DNA from: Gammaproteobacteria bacterium
GTDB taxonomy: Bacteria; Pseudomonadota; Gammaproteobacteria; Eutrophobiales; Eutrophobiaceae
Direction: 5' to 3'
Assembly (NCBI GenBank): GCA_965243205.1
Contig: CBDEUK010000002.1
Coordinates: forward strand, 1,248,001-1,312,000
DNA length: 64,000 bases
The notes under the pieces are model-generated. The model had not been told where the DNA came from. It saw only the letters and a program-made list of their open reading frames with translations, and did no database searches. Position 1 is the first letter of the stretch, and each line of letters opens with the position of its first letter. This document shows, one piece after another, positions 1-9,534 of the stretch. The position numbers were made by a program, and so were the translations under genes.

Positions 1-699
1 CATTGGAGCGAAATAACCTACGCCGAATTATTAGCGATCTCAGGTGGTCGCCAACGTACCTATAAATTCATTATTGATAATCATATCGACGTCAAAAATG
101 TTGATGATCTAAGGGAATTCGTTGCTGAAGTCCATAAACGTAAATCGGAAATCTACCGAGAGATGCTAACAGATGGCCGTTTAAAATTACGCAATGGTGT
201 TCGACGTTTAATCATGGAAGCGAAACAGAAAAAAATTCGTCTCGCCATTGCCACAAGTTCTTCATTAGCCAATGTCCATACACTATTAAAAACCACACTT
301 GGCGAACACAGTATCGAATGGTTCGATAGTATCGTCAGTTGTGATTTAATTGCGGATCAAAAACCATCCCCTGCTGTTTATCAATATGCCTTAGCTGAAC
401 TTGGTATTGCACCAGAAAACAGCGTCGCGATTGAAGATACTTATAATGGCAATGAATCAGCTAAAGCAGCAGGTTTGCGAAGCATTATTACCACTCATAA
501 TTTTACAATTGATAGTGATTTTACTGGCGCAGCATTAGTACTCGATCAACTTGGTGAACCTGAAATGCCTTTCATTCAATCCGCAGGCGAACCACAGACG
601 AAAACCTATGTTGATATCGACATGTTAGAATCTTTATTGATCCCTCAAAGCCAAGAAACTCAGGCCCAACACTGGCATCCAGATGTAGCCTTCGGTTAA
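1..699 (+). CDS. cbbY: CbbY-like HAD-IA hydrolase (5' end outside window)
   Basis: Frame is open from base 1 (HWSEITYAELLAISGGRQRT...); motifs AIATSS, QKPSPAVY and AIEDTYNG match the CbbY/HAD-IA family. Confidence 0.75.
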   Translation, partial: HWSEITYAELLAISGGRQRTYKFIIDNHIDVKNVDDLREFVAEVHKRKSEIYREMLTDGRLKLRNGVRRLIMEAKQKKIRLAIATSSSLANVHTLLKTTLGEHSIEWFDSIVSCDLIADQKPSPAVYQYALAELGIAPENSVAIEDTYNGNESAKAAGLRSIITTHNFTIDSDFTGAALVLDQLGEPEMPFIQSAGEPQTKTYVDIDMLESLLIPQSQETQAQHWHPDVAFG

Positions 700-780
700 T
701 AAACCGTTCCCCATTTCTAATTTTTTATATTTTCTTAATTTGATTCTGTTTTCATAGATAGAATCCGATAGAATTGTCTC

Positions 781-1707
781 ATGACTCTTACCGAACTTCG
801 TTACATAACCGCTGTTGCTCGAGAAAAACATTTTGGCAAAGCGGCTGAAGCATGCTTTGTTAGCCAACCCACTTTAAGCGTTGCGGTTAAGAAGTTAGAA
901 GATGAATTAGACGTCGCTCTATTTGAACGACATCAACACGAAATTCATATCACCGATGTTGGTAAAAAAATCATTGCTCAAGCACAAACGGTTCTGGAAG
1001 CAGCAGAAGAAATAAAACAAATATCACTAGAATCTAAAAACGAACTCAGTGGCGAATTACGTTTGGGAACCATCTACACTATTGGCCCTTATCTATTACC
1101 AAAGATCATTGCTTCAATTAACCAAATGGCGCCTGAACTTACTTTATTAATAGAAGAAGATTACACAAAAAACTTAGCCGATAAATTACGTCAAGGTGAA
1201 CTCGATGCTGTCATCGTTTCAACGCCATTTGATGAACCTGCTGTTGATACAATTAATTTGTATAGTGAACCGTTTACTGTTGTTTTACCAAAAGGACATA
1301 CATTAACGACAAAGAAAAAATTAAAGCTCGAAGAATTATTCGATGAATCCCTCTTACTATTAAAGAGTGGGAACTGCTTTCGTGACCAAGTATTAAACGC
1401 CTGCATGAGTTGCCAAGGCGTTGAACTCTCAAAGACTCAAATGCAAAAAACCCTAGAAGGCAGTTCAATTGAAACCATTCGGCAAATGGTTGCGGCAGGT
1501 GTTGGCATCACCGTACTTCCTTGTACATCGATTAACCCTAATGATGATATGAAGAATTTACTCGAATACAGAGAACTAACTAAACCAACTCCTGAACGAG
1601 AAGTGATACTCGCTTACCGTAAATCTTATCCTCGAACTTTAATCATCAACTTACTACAAACTGTAGTAAATAAAGCCAAGCTGAATAATGTGACTAAGGC
1701 TAATTAA
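781..1707 (+). CDS. oxyR: OxyR-type LysR regulator (hydrogen peroxide-inducible genes activator)
   Basis: LysR HTH (ACFVSQPTLS), GNCFRDQVL redox cysteine motif, GSSIETIRQMVAAG. Confidence 0.85.
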   Translation: MTLTELRYITAVAREKHFGKAAEACFVSQPTLSVAVKKLEDELDVALFERHQHEIHITDVGKKIIAQAQTVLEAAEEIKQISLESKNELSGELRLGTIYTIGPYLLPKIIASINQMAPELTLLIEEDYTKNLADKLRQGELDAVIVSTPFDEPAVDTINLYSEPFTVVLPKGHTLTTKKKLKLEELFDESLLLLKSGNCFRDQVLNACMSCQGVELSKTQMQKTLEGSSIETIRQMVAAGVGITVLPCTSINPNDDMKNLLEYRELTKPTPEREVILAYRKSYPRTLIINLLQTVVNKAKLNNVTKAN

Positions 1708-3076
1708 TCACAATAAATAGCGCAGAGTTTTTCCTCACAATCCTTAGTAATAAAGGCTGCTTTATTGCATTAACCACTTGATTAAACTCATCGAGATTAC
1801 TAATGCGTTGCTGATTCACTGAAGTAATCACATCACCTTCACGTAAACCACTGGCTCTCGCCGCAGTGCCTCTTTCTACTGCAAACACATAAACACCTTT
1901 TACCTTATCGTAATAAGGATTGTCTTCTTCGATTTCAGATAATGTAACTCCAGCTAAACGCTCATTACGAACATTATTCGGGCTAGCTTGACTATCATTT
2001 TTACTAACGGCTGCAACAACAATCGTAGTTTGTCCTTCACGCAAAATTTCAAAACGTGCTTTTTGTCCAACCGGCAATAAACCAATTCTATGGCGCACAT
2101 CACTTGCACTTTTAACCTGCTTGCCATCAATAGATACAATGACATCTCCTGCCTTGAAACCCGCCTTATCGGCTGGCGAACCTTCGAGCACACGATTGAT
2201 GACCGCGCCTTGTTGTTTTTGTAGTCCAAACGCTTCCGCTAATTCAGGGCTTAAGTCTTGTAACTGTACGCCTAAGTACCCTCGTTCAACTTCGCCGTTC
2301 TCAACTAACTGCTCCATAATATTCAGCGCAACGTTTACTGGAATCGCAAAACCAATTCCTATATTGCCACCACTGCGTGAAAAGATTGCGGTATTAATAC
2401 CGACCAATTCGCCACGTAAATTAACCAATGCGCCGCCAGAGTTCCCAGGGTTAATTGAAGCATCGGTTTGAATAAAGTCTTCATAACCTTCTATACCTAA
2501 GCCACTACGGTTTAATGCGCTAACAATTCCGGTCGTAACTGTTTGACCTAAGCCAAAAGGATTACCGATAGCGACTACAAAATCGCCCACTCTTAATTCA
2601 TCTGAATCGGTCGTTTTAATATCGGTCAAGTTATCTGCTTTTACTTTAATAACAGCAACATCGGTTTCAGGATCAGTACCAACAATTTCTGCTTCATGTT
2701 GTTTGCCATCACGTAACGTCACCATGATTTCGACCGCATTCGCAATCACGTGGTTATTAGTTAATATTAACCCTCGTTCTGCATCAACAATCACACCTGA
2801 ACCTAAACTTTGAGTTTTGCGCTCTGTCGGCATATTAGGAAAATCAAAAAAGCGACGAAAAAAAGGATCATTAAATAATGGGTTTTGACGAACCTTCACT
2901 CGACCTTCGGTCGCAATATTCACAACCGCAGGCGTAATGTTTTCCAACATAGGCGCTAAAGTTGGTAACGCTTGGCCATCAACCGTTGCCGGAAGAGCAG
3001 CCTGAGTTGCTTGAAAAGGTATAAATGATAAGGGTAATAATAATAAAAGTTTAAGAAATTGATTAATACGATTCAT
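1700..3076 (-). CDS. degQ: DegQ/DegP periplasmic serine protease with two PDZ domains
   Basis: Signal peptide, TNNHV, IQTDASINPGNSGG, two PDZ-like regions. Confidence 0.93.
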   Translation of the reverse strand: MNRINQFLKLLLLLPLSFIPFQATQAALPATVDGQALPTLAPMLENITPAVVNIATEGRVKVRQNPLFNDPFFRRFFDFPNMPTERKTQSLGSGVIVDAERGLILTNNHVIANAVEIMVTLRDGKQHEAEIVGTDPETDVAVIKVKADNLTDIKTTDSDELRVGDFVVAIGNPFGLGQTVTTGIVSALNRSGLGIEGYEDFIQTDASINPGNSGGALVNLRGELVGINTAIFSRSGGNIGIGFAIPVNVALNIMEQLVENGEVERGYLGVQLQDLSPELAEAFGLQKQQGAVINRVLEGSPADKAGFKAGDVIVSIDGKQVKSASDVRHRIGLLPVGQKARFEILREGQTTIVVAAVSKNDSQASPNNVRNERLAGVTLSEIEEDNPYYDKVKGVYVFAVERGTAARASGLREGDVITSVNQQRISNLDEFNQVVNAIKQPLLLRIVRKNSALFIVIN

Positions 3077-3205
3077 CTGTATGTAGTTCCAAAATTTTGT
3101 TCAATGATTTTATTGTTTAGGAAAAAAAACCAAGAAAAAGTTCATCGATAAGAATTATTCAATATAGATTGGGTAAGAAATTTATTTTTCAATACATCAA
3201 TATGA

Positions 3206-3850
3206 CTAAATCCAATAAGACGTCTTGGTCATTATTTTTGAAGTGAACCCCATCAGGAGTTTTATAGGAGTTGGTAATTCTGCCGCTCCATAATTGGCTG
3301 CTTTATCTCGGTGTTCCGCTTCATCTTTTTGCATTTGATGTAGTATCGCTTCTGTTTTTTTATCGGCTTCTGGTAAATCGGCTAAATGCGATTGTAAATG
3401 ATCAATCACTTGTTTCTCGGTTTCTTCAATAAATCCAAGACTCCATTTATCCCCCACTAATCCTGCGATGGCGCCAATAGAAAAAGAGCCAACATACCAA
3501 ACTGGATCTAAATAACTGGTACGACTATTTAACTCATCCAATCGACGCCGACACCAATGCAGGTGATCGACTTCTTCTTCGGCCGATTCCTGCATCGCTT
3601 GTTTCACCGAATCGTCTTTTGCAACCAATGCCTGACCCAAATACAAAGCCTGAGCGGAAACCTCACCTGCATGGTTAACGCGCATATAACCTTCTACCTT
3701 GGATTGGGCATCTTTATTTAATCGCGTTTCAGGAATAGATTCGGCCGGATAGGGTCGGTTTGGCGAATGATTCGCACCTGCTAAAGCTGAAATCTGGCTA
3801 TCAAAGCCGATGATTAGCTTATCAAGCATTGAGTATTGTAATTTAGCCAT
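3206..3850 (-). CDS. coq7: Demethoxyubiquinone hydroxylase Coq7 (di-iron)
   Basis: MRVNHAGEVSAQALY, EEVDHL, ETEKQVIDHL and DEAEH di-iron motifs. Confidence 0.92.
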   Translation of the reverse strand: MAKLQYSMLDKLIIGFDSQISALAGANHSPNRPYPAESIPETRLNKDAQSKVEGYMRVNHAGEVSAQALYLGQALVAKDDSVKQAMQESAEEEVDHLHWCRRRLDELNSRTSYLDPVWYVGSFSIGAIAGLVGDKWSLGFIEETEKQVIDHLQSHLADLPEADKKTEAILHQMQKDEAEHRDKAANYGAAELPTPIKLLMGFTSKIMTKTSYWI

Positions 3851-3940
3851 CGTTTAAATATTTGAAATGCATGTTTTCTCTAATTTTATCATAGAGTTAG
3901 CAAGATAAAATGTTAATATATTCAAGCCTTGGAAATAGTA

Positions 3941-3969
3941 TTGACAGCATCCTGCTTGATCCGTACCAT
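3941..3969 (+). promoter_or_regulatory. sigma70 promoter of rplM-rpsI
   Basis: TTGACA-17 bp-TACCAT upstream of rplM. Confidence 0.8.
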
Positions 3970-4015
3970 TCCCCCTCTTTTTTTGACCTAAATATTAGAA
4001 TTTTCACGAAACACA

Positions 4016-4444
4016 ATGAATACATATAGCCCAAAAGCATCCGAAATTACTCGCGATTGGTACGTGCTAGATGCTGCTGACAAACCACTTGGTCGTGTCG
4101 CTAGCGAAATTGCCAAGCGTCTACAAGGTAAGCACAAACCAACTTACGCTAAACATATGGATATGGGCGATTATATCGTTGTGATTAACGCTCAGAAAAT
4201 TGCTGCTACTGGCAATAAAATGAAAGACAAGATGTATCATCGCCACACGGGTTTCCCTGGTGGTCTTAAATCCATCAGCCTTGAAAAATTGTTAGCATAC
4301 AAACCTGAAAAAGCGATTGAAACTGCTGTCAAAGGCATGCTTCCAAAAGGCCCTTTAGGTCGTGAGATGTATCGTAAACTTCGTGTTTATGCCGGCGAGC
4401 AACATAACCATGCTGCTCAACAACCAAAACCATTAGAAATCTAA
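4016..4444 (+). CDS. rplM: 50S ribosomal protein L13
   Basis: [36 protein letters not shown]. Confidence 0.99.
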   Translation: MNTYSPKASEITRDWYVLDAADKPLGRVASEIAKRLQGKHKPTYAKHMDMGDYIVVINAQKIAATGNKMKDKMYHRHTGFPGGLKSISLEKLLAYKPEKAIETAVKGMLPKGPLGREMYRKLRVYAGEQHNHAAQQPKPLEI

Positions 4445-4454
4445 TTAAATAGTT

Positions 4455-4847
4455 ATGAGCGAACAAGTTTATTACAGTACTGGCCGTCGTAAGAGTTCTG
4501 CAGCCAGAGTATTCCTAAAAAAGGGTAGCGGTAACGTCGTTATCAACAACAAAACCTTAGATCAATATTTCGGTCGCGAAACAGGTCGTATGATTGTTCG
4601 CCAACCACTAGAAGAAGTGGATATGGTTGAAAATTTTGATATTAACATCACAGTGAAAGGTGGTGGTATTTCAGGCCAAGCAGGCGCTATTCGACATGGA
4701 ATTACTCGAGCCTTAATCGAATACGATGAATCACTACGTAAACCATTACGTGCAGCTGGTTTTGTAACCCGTGATGCTCGTGAAGTTGAACGTAAGAAAA
4801 TCGGTCTTCATAAAGCCCGTAAACGTCCTCAATTCAGTAAACGTTAA
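4455..4847 (+). CDS. rpsI: 30S ribosomal protein S9
   Basis: [27 protein letters not shown]-terminal PQFSKR. Confidence 0.99.
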   Translation: MSEQVYYSTGRRKSSAARVFLKKGSGNVVINNKTLDQYFGRETGRMIVRQPLEEVDMVENFDINITVKGGGISGQAGAIRHGITRALIEYDESLRKPLRAAGFVTRDAREVERKKIGLHKARKRPQFSKR

Positions 4848-4863
4848 TCTAATACGTTTACGC

Positions 4864-4892
4864 AAAAAAGAGAGCTTCGGCTCTCTTTTTTT
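4864..4892. terminator. Bidirectional intrinsic terminator after rpsI
   Basis: AAAAAAGAGAGC-TTCG-GCTCTCTTTTTTT hairpin with A and T tracts. Confidence 0.9.
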
Positions 4893-4903
4893 ATGTCTTC
4901 GAT

Positions 4904-5368
4904 TTATCCTTGTTTGGATTTTATTAAAAGCCATTTATCGAGATGCTCGGCAAAGGTTTTTCTATCCTGTTGACTGATGGCTGCAGGCCCATCTGTTTGC
5001 ACACCACTATTTCGTAATGTTTCCATAAAATCTCGCACACTCAATCGTGATTTAATATTTTCTTTTGTAAACGATTCGCCTCTTGGACTCAAAGCTGTAA
5101 CACCTTTTGCAATGACTGCATCAGCTAATGGAATATCATTAGTAATCACTAAATCACCTGCATTCATTCTTTTAACGATTTCATTATCTGCAACATCGAA
5201 TCCAGTGGATACTTGAATACTCCGAAGAAATTCTGATGGCGGTGTTTTTATATATTGGTTTGCGATGAGTGTTACAGAGATTTTGGTTCGAATAGCAGCT
5301 CTGAAAATAATTTCTTTTATCACTATGGGCCAGGCATCAGTATCAACCCTATCAACCCAAATCTACAT
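4904..5368 (-). pseudogene. yaiI: YaiI/YqxD family gene with damaged 5' end
   Basis: Minus strand reads ATG TAG ATT TGG GTT GAT AGG GTT GAT ACT GAT GCC TGG CCC: stop at codon 2, a 9-bp tandem duplication, and the family's IWVDADACP motif altered to [12 protein letters not shown]; the rest ([11 protein letters not shown]) is intact. Confidence 0.7.
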
Positions 5369-5503
5369 TTCTTAAAATCTCACGAATTAACAAATTGATA
5401 ATTTAATCTTAAATAAAAATTAACTCTATGGAACTTTATAATGATAAAGTTCACTTAAATTCTCTATGTAAAAGTAATTAACACTAATCATCTTATACAG
5501 TTT

Positions 5504-6430
5504 ATGGAAAACATCATATCTATTTCACAATTAAGCAAACGCTATGACTCAGGTTTTGAAGCGTTGAAAAATATTAATCTTGAAATTCATAAGGGTGAGA
5601 TATTTGCTTTGCTTGGCCCTAACGGCGCTGGTAAGACTACCTTAATTAGTACCATTTGCGGAATTGTGAACCCAAGCGGTGGAGAAGTATCAGTCGATGA
5701 CCATAACATCATCGATGACTTTAGAGTAACTCGTTCCAAAATTGGTTTAGTTCCACAAGAACTATCCACCGATATGTTTGAAACGGTTTGGAATACCGTG
5801 AATTTTAGTCGTGGTTTATTTGGCAAACCGGAAAATCATGCCTATGTAGAAAAAGTATTACGCGACTTATCCTTATGGGATAAAAAAGATTCTAAGATCA
5901 TGCAACTTTCAGGCGGTATGAAACGCCGCGTCATGATTGCCAAAGCCTTATCTCATGAACCCGGAGTGTTATTTTTAGATGAGCCTACTGCTGGGGTTGA
6001 TGTAGAACTTCGAAAAGATATGTGGGAATTGGTACGTAATTTACGTGAACAAGGCGTTACCATCATTTTAACAACACATTACATTGAAGAAGCCGAAGAA
6101 ATGGCTGATCGTATTGGTATTATTAATCATGGTGAAATCATTATGGTAGAAGAAAAAAATACCTTAATGAAACAACTTGGAAAACGTCAAGTTAGTTTGC
6201 ATCTACAAGAAGCCATTACAAACATACCTCTTCAATTAAATGCATTTAATTTGGAAATTTCAGAAGATGGATATGAATTGAAATACACATTCGATTCATT
6301 AAACGAACAATCCAATCTGCCTGAATTATTAAAACAACTGAGCGAACTCAATATTGAATTTAAAGATATACATTCCAGTGAAAGTTCATTAGAAGATATC
6401 TTTGTAGATCTAGTAAGAAAACCATCATGA
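5504..6430 (+). CDS. ABC-2 type transporter ATP-binding protein (YadG-like)
   Basis: [30 protein letters not shown]. Confidence 0.93.
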   Translation: MENIISISQLSKRYDSGFEALKNINLEIHKGEIFALLGPNGAGKTTLISTICGIVNPSGGEVSVDDHNIIDDFRVTRSKIGLVPQELSTDMFETVWNTVNFSRGLFGKPENHAYVEKVLRDLSLWDKKDSKIMQLSGGMKRRVMIAKALSHEPGVLFLDEPTAGVDVELRKDMWELVRNLREQGVTIILTTHYIEEAEEMADRIGIINHGEIIMVEEKNTLMKQLGKRQVSLHLQEAITNIPLQLNAFNLEISEDGYELKYTFDSLNEQSNLPELLKQLSELNIEFKDIHSSESSLEDIFVDLVRKPS

Positions 6431-7188
6431 ATATACATGCCATTAAAGCCATTTATAAATTTGAAATGGCGCGTACTTTAAGAACCTTAATGCAAAGCAT
6501 TGCATCGCCTGTGTTATCAACCTCACTTTATTTTGTGGTTTTTGGTGCTGCTATTGGATCACGCATGGGAGAAATTGAAGGCGTGAGTTATGGTGCGTTC
6601 ATTATTCCGGGTTTAATTATGTTATCCCTACTGAACGAAAGTATCTCCAATGCTTCATTTGGAATCTACATGCCTAAATTTACTGGCACTATCTATGAAA
6701 TTCATTCGGCACCAATTTCTTGGATAGAAATATTAATTGGTTTTGTCGGCGCTGCGACAACGAAGTCTGTAGTTCTTGGGTTATTGATCTTAGTCACTGC
6801 AAAATTATTCGTTGATTATGAAATAGCCTATCCATTTTATATGTTTGGTTTTTTAGTAATCACTGCCCTAAGTTTCAGTTTATTTGGATTCATTTTAGGT
6901 GTTTGGGCCGATAGTTTTGAAAAACTACAAGTGGTTCCAATGATGATTATCACTCCACTGACATTTTTAGGCGGTAGTTTCTATTCCATCAGTATGTTGC
7001 CTCCTGTTTGGCAAACCATTACCTTGTTTAATCCAGTGGTTTATTTAATCAGTGGTTTCCGCTGGAGCTTTTATGGAATTTCAGATGTCCATATCTTTGT
7101 CAGCTTAGCAATGATTTCCATATTTTTGATAATTTGCTTAAGTATCATTTGGTGGATATTTAAAACAGGTTATAAACTCAAACAATAA
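6427..7188 (+). CDS. ABC-2 type permease (YadH-like)
   Basis: Multiple TM segments, [21 protein letters not shown]; ATGA overlap with the ATPase. Confidence 0.9.
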   Translation: MNIHAIKAIYKFEMARTLRTLMQSIASPVLSTSLYFVVFGAAIGSRMGEIEGVSYGAFIIPGLIMLSLLNESISNASFGIYMPKFTGTIYEIHSAPISWIEILIGFVGAATTKSVVLGLLILVTAKLFVDYEIAYPFYMFGFLVITALSFSLFGFILGVWADSFEKLQVVPMMIITPLTFLGGSFYSISMLPPVWQTITLFNPVVYLISGFRWSFYGISDVHIFVSLAMISIFLIICLSIIWWIFKTGYKLKQ

Positions 7189-7190
7189 AA

Positions 7191-7220
7191 AAACCGCTAT
7201 GGATAAATCCATAACGGTTT
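7191..7220. terminator. Hairpin terminator between convergent genes
   Basis: AAACCGCTATGGAT-AA-ATCCATAACGGTTT inverted repeat. Confidence 0.75.
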
Positions 7221-7241
7221 CTTGTTACAACCTTTAAATAT

Positions 7242-7562
7242 TTAATCAGCAGCAGTTGATAACAGACTTTTTAAAGCAACCACTAACATAGCTGGTGCGA
7301 CTAAGGCGGTTAGATGAGTCAATACACGTGTCACCTCATCACCAATTCCTGGCAAACCTGAAGCTGAACTAACTGAAAGTAATAACGCAATGCCTGCGAC
7401 TAAAAAACCAGTATGTTCACCATCTGTTACATTCAAAAAACCAACTACCAAACCTAAAATTAGTAGTGCTAAAGCCACATATGGAACACTAATAAATGCG
7501 GAGACTACAGCAATAATTAAACCGACCAGAAATGCAATTTTTCCAATTGTTAAACTTCCCAT
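7242..7562 (-). CDS. Small four-TM hypothetical membrane protein
   Basis: Hydrophobic ORF; likely start ATG at 7562 after an AGGGGGAG RBS. Confidence 0.75.
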   Translation of the reverse strand: MGSLTIGKIAFLVGLIIAVVSAFISVPYVALALLILGLVVGFLNVTDGEHTGFLVAGIALLLSVSSASGLPGIGDEVTRVLTHLTALVAPAMLVVALKSLLSTAAD

Positions 7563-7671
7563 TGAACTCCCCCTTTTTATATTCATATTGTTGTTAATTT
7601 GAGTCTTTCTGATTTAGATAAATATCTATAGCAAATTGACTTATTGAATCTTAAGGTAAATCCATTCTAAA

Positions 7672-7688
7672 TGCACCATTTTGATGCA
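7672..7688. promoter_or_regulatory. NtrC-type enhancer binding site
   Basis: TGCACCA-TTT-TGATGCA, one mismatch to TGCACCA-N3-TGGTGCA. Confidence 0.6.
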
Positions 7689-7745
7689 TACGTTCATGAG
7701 AATTAACCTGTAATACTGAATTTCCTCAGATAAATTAATCTAATT

Positions 7746-7762
7746 AAGGCATATTTTTCGCT
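7746..7762 (+). promoter_or_regulatory. sigma54 -24/-12 promoter
   Basis: AAGGCATATTTTTCGCT: GG-N10-GC spacing, downstream of the NtrC-like box. Confidence 0.55.
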
Positions 7763-7859
7763 AGCAACTATTAAAGTTTTTCTCTGAGCAACCGCTATTG
7801 TTCCTAAGATTAGTGGCCGAAGGGCTAATTGTAACAATGGACAACGAAAGGAAATTATT

Positions 7860-9503
7860 ATGAAATCCAGTGATTTATTCATTAAGTGTCTTGAAAATGA
7901 AGGTGTTGAATACATTCTCGGTGTACCTGGAGAGGAGAATCTAGACTTCCTAGAGTCTCTACGTCACTCCACACAAATCAAACTCATACTAACAAGACAT
8001 GAACAATCCGCTGGGTTCATGGCCGCAACAATTGGCCGTTTGACTGGCAAACTTGGAGTTTGCTTATCAACACTAGGGCCAGGTGCAACGAATTTTGTAA
8101 CTGCTGCGGCCTACGCACAGCTTGGTGCGATGCCAATGTGTATGATCACGGGACAAAAACCGGTTCATTCCAGTAAGCAAGGCCATTTCCAAATCATCGA
8201 TGCTGTTGACATGATGCGCCCTATCACCAAATTTACAAAATCCATTGGACGGGGCGATCGCATACCAACCGTTATCCGAGAGGCATTCAAAGTCGCTGAG
8301 GATGAACGTCCTGGAGCCGTTCATATCGAGCTACCTGAAGATGTGGCTCATGAAGAAACTAAAACGAACCCCATTCCAGTCACCCATGTAAGACGTCCCG
8401 ATGCAAATGATAAAGCGGTAGCAATTGCACTTGAGATGATTGAAAAAGCTAAGTCACCCCTAATTTTAATAGGTGCTGGTGCAAATCGTAAACGTATATC
8501 AAAAATGCTATGTCAATTTATCGATAAAACATCCATGCCATTTTTTGATACTCAAATGGGTAAAGGCGTGGTTCCTGAAGATCACCCTTTATTTTTAGGT
8601 ACTGCGGCTTTATCGGATAATGATTATTTACATTGTGCCATTGACCGCGCAGATTTAATTATTAATGTCGGACATGATGTTGTTGAAAAACCTCCATTCT
8701 TTATGGAAGAAGGCGGAACGCAAGTAATACATATCAATTATTCACCAGCGGATATCGATGAAGTCTATTTTCCTCAACATGAAGTAATTGGTGACATCGC
8801 TAATGCGATGTGGCAATTGGTTGAAAAAATTACACCTCAAGACCATTGGGATTTTTCTTACTACCGCACAGTCAAGGATTATGTGGATGAAAAAATATCT
8901 GAAAACAGTAATGATGAACGTTTCCCTATCATCCCACAAAAATTTGTCGCCGACATACGCTCAGTTATGGGCGCAGAAGACATCATTGCATTAGATAATG
9001 GTATTTATAAAGTATGGTTTGCGCGTAACTACCGTGCTTTGGCACCGAATACTGTTTTATTAGATAACGCATTAGCGACGATGGGTGCAGGTTTACCTTC
9101 TGCAATGGCAGCTAAAATGGTTTATCCAGATCGTAAAGTCATCGCAATTTGCGGTGATGGTGGCTTTATGATGAACAGTCAGGAACTAGAAACAGCTGTT
9201 CGCATGAAACTCGACTTAGTTATCGTCGTATTAAATGACAGTGCTTACGGCATGATCAAATGGAAGCAACATGGAATGGGGTTTGAAGACTTTGGACTTG
9301 ATTACAATAACCCCGACTTTGTTCAATATGCCGAAAGTTACGGTGCTAAAGGTCATCGTATCAATAGCAACCCTGAATTTAAAGAAACCTTAGAAAAATG
9401 CCAAGCCGATGGTGGTGTGCACTTAATTGATTTACCAGTTGATTATTCTGAAAACATTAGAGTATTAACGGAAGAATTAAGAAACAAAGCTTGTATTTTA
9501 TAA
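7860..9503 (+). CDS. Acetolactate synthase large subunit-like ThDP enzyme (stand-alone type)
   Basis: GVPGEENL, RHEQSAGFMA, GPGATN, GDGGFMM...ND ThDP motif; no small subunit gene alongside. Confidence 0.88.
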   Translation: MKSSDLFIKCLENEGVEYILGVPGEENLDFLESLRHSTQIKLILTRHEQSAGFMAATIGRLTGKLGVCLSTLGPGATNFVTAAAYAQLGAMPMCMITGQKPVHSSKQGHFQIIDAVDMMRPITKFTKSIGRGDRIPTVIREAFKVAEDERPGAVHIELPEDVAHEETKTNPIPVTHVRRPDANDKAVAIALEMIEKAKSPLILIGAGANRKRISKMLCQFIDKTSMPFFDTQMGKGVVPEDHPLFLGTAALSDNDYLHCAIDRADLIINVGHDVVEKPPFFMEEGGTQVIHINYSPADIDEVYFPQHEVIGDIANAMWQLVEKITPQDHWDFSYYRTVKDYVDEKISENSNDERFPIIPQKFVADIRSVMGAEDIIALDNGIYKVWFARNYRALAPNTVLLDNALATMGAGLPSAMAAKMVYPDRKVIAICGDGGFMMNSQELETAVRMKLDLVIVVLNDSAYGMIKWKQHGMGFEDFGLDYNNPDFVQYAESYGAKGHRINSNPEFKETLEKCQADGGVHLIDLPVDYSENIRVLTEELRNKACIL

Positions 9504-9534
9504 AGAGAACAAAAGAGGCTTTTCGTCTTAACGT

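Noticed and set aside
4848-4903. tRNA gene after rpsI, as seen in some relatives
   Set aside because: Only a terminator hairpin is present; no cloverleaf.
5363-5365. Programmed amber read-through (pyrrolysine or recoding) in yaiI
   Set aside because: TAG is used as a normal stop elsewhere in the window, and neighbouring lesions indicate decay.
5504-7188. Recent duplication of the yadGH-like ABC pair at 53790-55492
   Set aside because: The permeases are clearly divergent, so these are old paralogous families rather than a repeat.
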